64,000 nucleotides of DNA. Origin: Mobula hypostoma. Lineage: Eukaryota. The stretch spans positions 213,406,001-213,470,000 of the forward strand of contig NC_086097.1 of NCBI RefSeq assembly GCF_963921235.1, read 5' to 3'. Numbering within the stretch: position 1 is the first letter of the stretch; each line of letters starts with the position of its first letter. Positions 51,140-61,010 of this stretch are shown here, piece by piece. The position numbers and the translations under genes are program-made. The notes under the pieces were generated by a model that did not search any database, had not been told where the DNA came from, and worked only from the letters and a program-made list of their open reading frames with translations.

Positions 51140-51636
51140 TTTTTTCAACAGTGGCTTTCTCTTAGCCACTCTCTCATAATGCTGTGAATGTGAAGTACCA
51201 AGGCATCAGTTATTGTATGTGCAGTCTCTCCCAACTCAGCCACTGAAGCTTGTAACTCTTCCAAAATTGTCATAGGTCTCTTGGTGGCCTCTCTCACTAG
51301 TCTCCTTCTTGCACAGTCACTCAATTTTTGAATATGGCCTGCTCTAGGCAGATTTACAGTTGTGCCATATTCTTTCCATTTTTTGATTGACTTAACTGTA
51401 CTCCAAGGGATATTCGGTGACTTGGAAATTTTCTTGCATCCATCCCCTGATTTGTGCTTTTCAATAACCTTTTTGCAGAGTTGCTTGGAGTGTTCTTTTG
51501 TCTTCATGGTGTAGTTTTTCTGTTGATCAATGTTTTAAAAAAGAACAAATTAAATCCACTGTATTTCAATGTTGTGAAACAATAAAACATTAAAACTTCC
51601 GGGGGGAGCTGGGGTGAAAGCTTTTTATAGGCACTG
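51140..51636 (-). mobile_element. Tc1-like transposon 5' fragment (left TIR and paired-like DNA-binding domain)
   Basis: MKTKEHSKQLCKKVIEKHKSGDGCKKISKSPNIPWSTVKSIKKWKEYGTTVNLPRAG; terminus TA-CAGTGCCTATAAAAAG on the minus strand. Confidence 0.88.
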
Positions 51637-52129
51637 TATATTCTCACTTACAGGGCAGTTTTTTACCTCTCTAACCCCTAAATTTGATTATGATAAATAA
51701 TTGAGTAATAGTTCTGAAGAAATTTTAAGGATTACTTTGCTGAATGTACACTCTTTTAAGGGTAATTTCCATGAGCAAGTGGCCTGAAATAAAAGGTAAA
51801 CTTTTGGCTATCTGTGAAATTGGTTAGATCGTCTTTTACGACTTGTTAATTGTGAATATCTGCTGTATGTAAAAGGATGCAGATTAAATGTATATTTAAA
51901 AAAAAGGTGTGTTGGAATGGCCAGCCAGTTTCTCTATCTAAAGAACCTGATAGATGTGGACTCAAATCTAAAGGGTGTAAATGACTTTGAACTGTGGGAC
52001 AGTGCAGGCAAAGCCATTCATCGTGCTTTGGACCAACTTTATATCGCACCCTAAAATGTCAGTCACAGAGAAAGCTTCATTGCCTGACCCCCTTAGACCA
52101 TAAGACAGGAGCAGAATTAGGACATCCTC

Positions 52130-54625
52130 GTGAACCACCTCTGGACTCTGCAATGGAAAAAGCAACCTTTCTGAGATGAGGGGCCCAAACCTGTTGACAA
52201 TACTCCAAGTGTGGCCTGTCTAGTGTCTAATAAAGGCTCAGCATTATCTCCTTTTATACTCTATTCCTCTAGCAATAAATGCCAATGTTGCATTTGCATT
52301 CTTTACCACAGACTCGACCTGTAAATTGACCTTCTAGGACTTGCACGAAGACTCCTAAGTTCCTTTGCTTCTCTGATGTGTGATGCTGCAATCGCATTGC
52401 CTCCTCAGCACTAACTGCATCTCCACCTATCTTAATATTGAAAGCAAACTTTGCCACAGCCATCAATTCCATTATCCAAATCATTGACAAACAATGTGAA
52501 AAGTAGCGGCCCCAATTCTGACCCCTGAGGAACACCACTAATCACTGGCAACCAGCCAGAAAAGGCCCCTTTTATTCCCACCTGCTGCCTCCTGCCTGTC
52601 AGCCATTTCTCTATCCATGCCTGTATCTTTCCTGCAGCGCTATCGGATGTTTTTTTGTTGAGCAGCATCGTATGGCACCTTTATCAAATGCATTCTGAAA
52701 ATCCAAGTAAATAATGTCCACTGCCTGTCCTTTGTCCACCCTGCTTGTTACTTCCTTGAAGAACTCTAACAGAGTTGTCAGCAAGATTTCCCTTTACAGA
52801 AGCCATGCAGACTTTGAATTATTTTGTCATTCGTCTCCAAGGATTGTTGCTTGCTGCCGTTTACGTGAGGGAGGGAGGGAAGCTGGGTGGGGGGGGGGCT
52901 TTGGGTTCTAACATTTAACTGTAGTTCATTCTTGGGGCACTCCTCTGTTTTCGTGGATGGTTGCAAAGAAAAAACATTTCAGGATGTATATTGCATACAT
53001 TTCTCTGACATTAAATTGCACCTTTGAAACTTTTGAAGTACCCTGAAACCTCATCCTTAATAATAGACTCCAGCACTTTATCATCCACTGAGGTTAAGCT
53101 AACTGGCCTTTCTTTCTTTGCCTTCCTCCCTTCTTAATGAGTGGAGTGACATTTGCAATCTTCTAGTCCTTTGGGACTGTGCCAGAATCAAGTGATTCTT
53201 GGAAGATGACCAGGGCATCCATTATCTCTTCAGCAACCTCTCTCAGGACTCTGGGATGTAGTCTATCTGGTCCAGCTGACTTGTCCACCTTAAGACCTTT
53301 CAATTTACCTAGCACTTTTTTCCTTTTGTAATAGCAATGGCACTCACTCCTACTCCCTGACACTGTCAGACCTCTGGCACACTGCTAGTGTCTTCCACAG
53401 TGAAGACATACACTACAATGTGCCCATTAAGTTCAACAGCCATTTCTTTGTCCGCCATTACTACCTCACGAGCATCATTTACCAGTGGTCCAATATCAAC
53501 TCCTGCCTCCCTTTTACTCTATATATAACTGGAAAAAACCTTTGGTATCCTGCTTTATATTATTGGCTAGTCTGCCCTCATATTTCATCTTTTTCCTTAT
53601 AGCTTTTCAGTTGCCTTTTGGATTTTAAAAGTTTCCCAATCACTTTTGCTACCTTGTATGCCCTTTCCTTGGCTTTTATGCAGTCCTTAGCTTCCCTTGT
53701 TAGCCATGGTTGCCTACCCCTGACATTTGAGAACCACTTTGGGACATATCTATCCTACACTTTGTGAACTATTCCCCAGAAACTTCAGCTATCCCTGCTC
53801 TGCTGTCATCCCTGCCGGCCTCCAGTCCCCTGGGCAAGCTCCTCTCTCATGCCTGATCTGGGTTATTTCACAACACCCAATCTAAGATGGTCTTTCCCTG
53901 AGTAGACTGGAGCACAAGCTGCTCTGAAAAGCCATCTCTTAGGCATTCAACAAATTCCCTCGCTGGCCATCCAACACTTTCCTGACTTTTCCCAATCCCC
54001 TTGCATATTGAAGTTCCCCATTACAGTTGTGTGATTACCCTTATTACATGCATTTTCCAGCTCCCTTTGCAATCTCAACCCCATATCTTGGCTACTATTT
54101 GGAGGCCTATACATGATTCCCATAATGTTTTGTTTCAGTCTTGCAGTTTCTTAACTCTACCCACAAAGATTCGCTATTCTCTGACCTGCTGTCACCTCTT
54201 TCTAGAGGTGCAATTCCATCTCTTACCAACAGACCCACACCACCGCCTATGCCTTCCTGCCTGTCCTTTTGATACAAAGTATATCCTTTGATGTTAAGCT
54301 CCCAAATGCCTTGGGACATGTAACTGCCTTTCAGCCTGAGCGTCATACAGACCAATCTCTAATTGCACCATAATTCCACCTTATTCCAAATGTTACGTGC
54401 ATTTAAATACAGCACCTTCAGTCCTGCATTCTTTGCCCATTTTAATTTTGCCCCGTGACACAATTTAACTCTTTGCTCTATCTGCATTTGTACCCAGTCA
54501 TTGGTTTGTCCTTGCATTCATGTTACACTCATTATTTACTTGTAAACCTGCTGGCTCATCCTCAGCTCTATCATATGGTTCTCATCCCCCGCTATATTAG
54601 TTTAAACTGCTCCCAACAGCTCTAG
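52130..54625 (-). mobile_element. CR1 LINE, degenerate ORF2 with internal deletions
   Basis: Minus-strand WELNIKGYTLYQKDRQEG, LKVDKSAGPD and GVPQGSELGP; interrupted at about 52840-53035. Confidence 0.88.
52840..53035 (+). mobile_element. SINE/non-LTR 3' end nested in CR1
   Basis: Unrelated to CR1; ends GACATTAAA followed by a CTTTGAAA repeat tail; CR1 resumes afterwards. Confidence 0.55.
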
Positions 54626-56654
54626 TAGGAGCTCTGAAGAATGAAAGGTGGCTGGTTAGTGAAAAATATGGGTTAGCCAGTTATAATTTCACATAATTAT
54701 GGTAATGAAATGCACTATTTAACTATAGACACAAATGAATTTGCAATTGGTGTTGTCCATGGGCATTAAAAAAGAATATTCTGAAATAGTGAATACCGTG
54801 ATACTCCATTGCTGCCCTGATTTTAGCCTGGGTGCTACCTAAGGACACCCTCAATGGGAGCACAGGAACAACTACTTCAGACCACAGTGTTGTGCAGACA
54901 ATATTCCTCCGTTCTCTGCATATTCACCTGCCTCACTGAGAGCCTCTTAAACATTGATTCCAACACCACCTCTGGTGGAACATTTTCGGCACCCACCACT
55001 CCATGGAAAAAAATAAATCTTCCCCTGCGCATCCCCTTTAAACTTGTTTCCTCTCACTTTAACTGCATGGACTGTAGCATTAGATATTTCAACCTGAGAA
55101 GAATGTACTGGTTTTCTACTCTGTCTGAGACAGTGCCCTGATTTTACCCAGTTGCTCCTTCTGGAGTGTTGATTAACAGAATGTGCCATTTAGTAAATGC
55201 AGAATAACTAGTTTTCACTGTAATTATTAAATCCCTTCTGCACTCTCCGTGAACAACTTCAAAACTGCAGTCTTTTTCATCAAGTTGAAGAATTTTGTAT
55301 GTGCAGTTGCCTCTGTTGCATTCCTCTTCAGTTGCTTAAGGTGAAGCTCTTCAGTTTTTGACCCACCCCAGCACTAAGCTCACATTCTTCTTTGCAGCTT
55401 CTCTCCACTGCTTCATACTGCCTTCATTGCCTCAAAAGCATCCCATTTGCTTTTTGCCTGAAATCCAAATGCCTTGCCCTTAATCCATTTCTCACAATGA
55501 CACCTTCTTTCGTCTGATAAAGTAACAAGTTCTTCAACTCACATGTACTTAACCACTTATGCATGTACTTGTTACTGAACTCTTTCTTCAAGCGCATCCT
55601 TGCTGGTCTTGAGTTCTCCATTATTCATGAATGTAATATAGGCATATGGTCAGGACAATTCCTTGCTGGTTGCTTTCGTCTTAACAGATTGCCAAAGGCC
55701 CCCCACCACCCCATATCTTAAGTTAAAAATTTTTGTCCTTGTGTCTCTCCATGTTTTTGTCGCACATTCTCCTGATAAGTTCTCTCCTCCAGCCTGTTTT
55801 GCATTCTTCTCTCTGCTCCAACATGGGGTAAATGCTTGAAGTGCAAAAGTCCTAGTCTCCAGAACTTTTAAGAAGAAAGAATAATATTATTATATCCAAA
55901 TATCATTCTCAAACTTGATCATTTCTCAGAAACCTAGGACAAAGTTTATGCACAAATTTTTTTTTGAAAATGATAAGGAAATTTTTGATGGGCATTATTA
56001 CAGTTAGTGTCCAATTTGTTTCCTGAGCTATAGTTCAGTGAATAAGATTGTATTACTGCCATTAGGCTAGTTGTGTTTTGCTAGACAGTAACAGCTTGAG
56101 ATAAAGGTGACTCATAGTTTTCAGCAGGTACAATTAGTATTTTTATCTGCATAGGATGCTAGCTTTATTACAGGCAATGGTTAACATTCGCTTGAACAAA
56201 TACCACGTTCTTATAAAAATAGTGAACTTTTCTCATGGCGGCAATACATTTAAATGGTTTGATTTTACCAAATATGTTAATGTTCATATTGGGACTGGTA
56301 AAATCTATTTCAAAATTCCATCCAGTGTAAAATCTACATTATACAATTAGCGCTGAGCAGTCCTGATGGAAAAAACGTTACTGTAGCACATTGTCAGGTA
56401 GCGGCAGCTTGATAAAAAGTGACTCGTTATCAGGAGATGCTTTCTTAAATCATAACCACAAGTTACTGAATAATGCCTTTTTGATGTACGTATACCTTTT
56501 CCTGTGTTACTGCTAGGCAATGTGTTGGCTAAAAGTTTAATTTGAATGTAAATTGTTCTCGCTGTAGTGGAGTTCCTAAAAATAATACTGGATCGCACAA
56601 AAGAGATTAACAAATCTTCTCCCCCAACCCCCCCCCCCGCCTCAATTCAGCTGC

Positions 56655-56960
56655 CTATTACTTTCTCCTAGTTCCCTCCTCCTCTGGTTCACTATGTTCA
56701 CTCCTCCTTCTATTTCTCCTCTGGTTCACTCTCCTCTATGTTCAGATTCTTTCTTCTCCAGCCCTTGACCTTTTCCACCCACCTAGCTTCACCTATCACC
56801 TTCCAGCAGCCTTCTTCCCCTCCACCCACCTTTTTATTTTGGCATTTTCCCCCTTCCTTCTCAGTCTTGAATAACGGTTTCGGACAGAAATGTCGACTCC
56901 TTATTCACTTCCATAGATATTGCCTAACCTGCTGAGTTCGTCCAGCATTTTGTGTGTGGT
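56655..56960 (+). mobile_element. Penelope 3' terminal fragment
   Basis: Pyrimidine-rich body ending CTGCTGAGTTCGTCCAGCATTTTGTGTGTG. Confidence 0.75.
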
Positions 56961-58995
56961 ACAATAAGTATGTACTGGCAGTGGAACTTAGGGTATTGTA
57001 TTTAATTTTATCAGATCTAATGTGCTTGTCTATAGACATTTAAACATTTGGTGATACTATATTGGAGCATGACACGTGCATGTTTCTCTTTGCCCCATTT
57101 TAAAAATATGTGTTTCTGCTTGATGTGACTCGTGTTTCAATCACCAAAGTGGAAAAAGTGATATGTGGATATCTCTTGGATGCATCCAAATCAAATGCTT
57201 TTTCTTTTCCTTGCAGTGTTTCATTTGTTTTGCTTAGCTAATTGAATTGTACTTTCAGCTTGGTTTTAAATTGTGATCTGTCTGAAAATCAATCCAGTGG
57301 TGGAGCATCAGCTCCATGCCATAAAATCACCATTTTGTCACTTTTTATATGCAGCAATTCCTTACTCATTGCAAGGAATTAATATAACCATTTACATTGT
57401 TTGGTAAGAAATTCAAGGGTCAAAATATCCCTCGTCTGGTTCAGGATTAACAAGTCACTTTCCAGGTCAAGACTTGTGTTTTGCCGCAGTGGTATCCTTA
57501 AGAGGAAGGTTCTCTGGGTAGCTAGGTGAGCATTTGTGCCATTGTTCATATTTCTGCAGTCTCACATTTGGGAACCTGGATATTTTATAAGAAAATAACT
57601 ATTATACTTTCACATCTACCTTTTAAAAAAAACTTAAGGTGACCATCTTAAATGCTTTCTGGAACATCTAGGGCTTAGAAGCAGGTAGCAGGATATGTGA
57701 AAACTCAGCTGTACTGGTGAGGGGCTCCTGCAATTCATTAATTAGCTGGGCGGTGAATTAAAGTTCTGTGCTTGTGACCAAAAGTTGACAAATATTTTGT
57801 GTAGATTCCAGTGACTCAGTCAGTATGACAATGATAGCACATTTCTGAATGGGGAAGCATGATAGCTTGCAATCAATGATGTAGAGTGACCACTAGTTCA
57901 GCACACATTAAATTGTCTGGGAACATTAAATTGCCTACGAGAAAGGAAAAGTTGTTAACGGTATTGCAGTGAGTCCAGGAGATTTTGTATTTTAAGCAGT
58001 AGCCACTATCTGTTTTTTCTGATAATACAAAAAGTAAATCACTTGCTTTACATCATGGCTGTCTGGGTCCTAGCTCTCAATCCTCAGGCTCTCCTACATT
58101 CTTCAGGGTAGACCTTTGGTTGAGCAACAGTTGGTCTTAACTGAAGAGTACATTGTGATTTTTTTTTTGGGGTGAGTTACTGAATTTCCAGCGTCATTTT
58201 TACCTTCGCTTGATACTTAGATCATTTTTAACCTATTGAATCTTTCCCTTGTTTCTGTAGAGATTGGATGTTGACTCTCCCCTTCAGGCATACTGGAATT
58301 TCCATTCTAAGAATGTGATTTTTTCATAGGTAATTACATTTTAGTCATTCTCTTTGAAACATCCTGCTCACGTGCAAGCCATGGGCATTCTGTAGCTTCT
58401 GCTCTTTAAGGACTCTCGGAGGTACAGTCTGAGAACCACACTTTGTGAGATCCTGGAAGCCTTTAACATTGGATTTTCTTGTAGCTCTTCTGTTACCATT
58501 CCTTTTGAAATTGGGTTGATGGGAATAACAATGAGTTAAGCAGTAGTCAGTAATTTTTGTGACGTTGAAACTGACATCCCTGAAGCCTTTTGCTTGGCTG
58601 ATTAAAACGTAACAGTTGTTTGTGCCTTGACTGACACTGGCCAAGTGGTCTTGTGGCTTTCTCTCTGAGGAAACTAATTGTGGCAAGATCCTCCAATCTG
58701 GAGGAGGATTGTTTTGGAGTTTGTGGGATTTCTCTTTCCTTGCCAATCATTCTTTTCCTTAGGCTTGTTGTTTCTGATAACAGTTTAACTTGCCCAGGAG
58801 GATTTGTTTGCCTCCCTGTAGGACCTGGGCCAGAATTTTCTCAAGATTGAAATAGGGATACTCTTCAAAACTACAAAGGAGAGTTCCTGCAGTAGTACTA
58901 AGGTAGGAGCACATGTCCAGGTGATTGTAGCAGGCTAGTTCTTCAAAGAATGACAAGGGTTATATGATATTTGCTGATCCCAAAGTGAGATGCAG

Positions 58996-59350
58996 TGGCA
59001 GGGTGGAGATATGTCTCTACCAAAGGAAGTGTAAGGCACTCCTTCCCTCTGCTAGCCTGCAGGTCACCCACGGGCAAGGTGTAGCACCTTCTTAGCCCCC
59101 TGATCAGGGCCATTTGAAGCCCCAGGAGCAGGTGGTAGATGGTCATATCATCAGCTTGTGCATATCACAAGTCCTGGTTGTGCGATCACTGACACCACGG
59201 AGGCAATCTCTGATGAGTATTAATAATAGCTGTCTTGTAAAAACACTTCCTAGAAGGCAATGGCAAACTACTTCTGTAGAAAATTTGCCAAGAACGATCA
59301 TGAAAAGACCAGGATTGCCTACATCATATGACATGGCATGTAACAAACAA
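58996..59350 (+). mobile_element. RTE-related SINE-like element
   Basis: AGAAGGCAATGGCAAACTACTTCTGTAGAAAATTTGCCAAGAA (59252-59294), similar to the recalled BovB/Sauria-SINE motif; second copy at 1-180. Confidence 0.6.
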
Positions 59351-60024
59351 ACATAAGAAATGAAATGCTAACTCATTCTTGACAGCAAAACCCATCACAT
59401 GGAGATGGCATTCCTCCTCTGGTTTGCTCTTCCAGAAGGTATATATACACCTTTAGAGCTGATTGTCTCCTGTCTGTCATGTTTCAGGGCAATGAATTAT
59501 TGGAATGCCTGAATTTGTTGCTTTATTAGTCAATATCAACTCTTGCTTTGAAGTAATCAACTCTTGCCCCAACAGAGAAAAAGATTATAATGCCACAGAA
59601 ACACTTAACCCATAAGAGACTAAGAGCAGAATTATGCCATTTGGCCCATCGTATCTGCTGTGCCATTCAATCATGGCTGATTTATTATTCCCCTTGAACC
59701 GCATTCTCCTGTCTTTTTCCCATAACCTTTGAAGCATTTACAAATTAAGATCCTATTGACTTGCATTTTAAATACGTTAGATTCTGGTTAATTAAGCCAT
59801 CGATTATTTTGGACAGGAGACTGTTGCTAAATAGTTTCTAACTACTGTCAGTCATGTGCTCTTGTGTGGCCATGAGACACTACACCGTGCTTAGAGTGAG
59901 CAGTTTTAAGATAACATCAGTTGTATGTGCTTGTTTCATGTTATCCATTTGGGCTGACGTACACCGATTGGAAAAACCAATGATATTTGATAATATTTTT
60001 TATTTTGACTTTAAATTTTAATCT

Positions 60025-60660
60025 TTCAGGTCCTTGCCAAAATGTAACTAATTTGAGATTCATTTTCTTGCGGGTGTTCACAGTAAATACAAAGAAACAA
60101 TGGAATCAATGAAAAATTGCACACAACTAGTTGGATAAACAAGCAATGTGCAAAAGGCAACAAACTGCAAATACAAAAAGAGAACAAAAGAAACAAAGTA
60201 ATTATAAATAGGCAATAAATAGTGAGATGAAAAGTCCTCAAAAGTGAGTCCATAGGTTGTGGGAATAGTTCACTGTTGGGGTGAGTGAAGTTGAGTGAAA
60301 TGATCCCCTCTGGTTCAAGGTAATACCTGTTCCTGAACCTGGTGGTGTGGGACTTGAGGCTCCTATACCTCCTTCCTGATGGCAGCAGCGAGGAAAGAGC
60401 ATGGCCTGGATGATGGACAGCGCCCTGTGTAGGTGTGTTTAATGGTGATGGACTGGGCTGCATTCGCTACTTTTTGTCGGATTTTCTGTTCATTGGAATT
60501 TCCATAACGGGCCACAATGTAGCCAGTCAGTATGCATTCCAGTGTGCATCTATAGATGTTTGTCAAGGTTTGTTGCGATGAAATGCTGAATCTTTGCAAT
60601 CTCCTGAGAAAGTAGAGACACTACCATGCCTTCTTTGTAATTGCAGTTATGTGCTGAACC
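60025..60660 (-). mobile_element. Rex1/Babar LINE 3' fragment
   Basis: Minus strand YRCTLECILTGYIVARYGN and HHPGHALSSLLPSGRRYRSLKSHTTRFRN. Confidence 0.8.
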
Positions 60661-61008
60661 CAGACATCCCACCCTGCAACAACTCATTTCAGGGAGGTAG
60701 CACCATCAATTTGCTGGAGACTCCCAGAACTTCTGGGAGAGGTGGGATGTCTGCAACAGAGTAGCTCCTTAGCAGCTAGCCAGCTAGTTTAAATAACGTT
60801 AGCTATGCTAATGAACAAATGACACCTGTTAAACTCACCTCAACATGTCTTTTACAGTCTTAACCCACCATGGGCAATAGAAAAGTCACTGTTGCAAACA
60901 GTGCAGCGAGCAACACTGTCATTATTTTTGACCCCTATTAAGCAGGGGTACACTTTAGTGTAGTCTGGGGTGACGTATGTTTTATACTTTCTTTTTTTTG
61001 GAACACTG
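60661..61008 (-). mobile_element. Probable DNA-transposon terminal fragment
   Basis: Minus-strand end CAGTGTTCC; subterminal inverted repeats; GCTAGC/AACGTTAGC motifs. Confidence 0.4.
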
Positions 61009-61010
61009 TC

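Noticed and set aside
58345..58956. Cluster of short ORFs
   Set aside because: No homology, splice structure or coding bias recognised.
59205..59260. CTGATGAG in the RTE-SINE as a possible hammerhead
   Set aside because: No stem II plus GAAA downstream in either copy.
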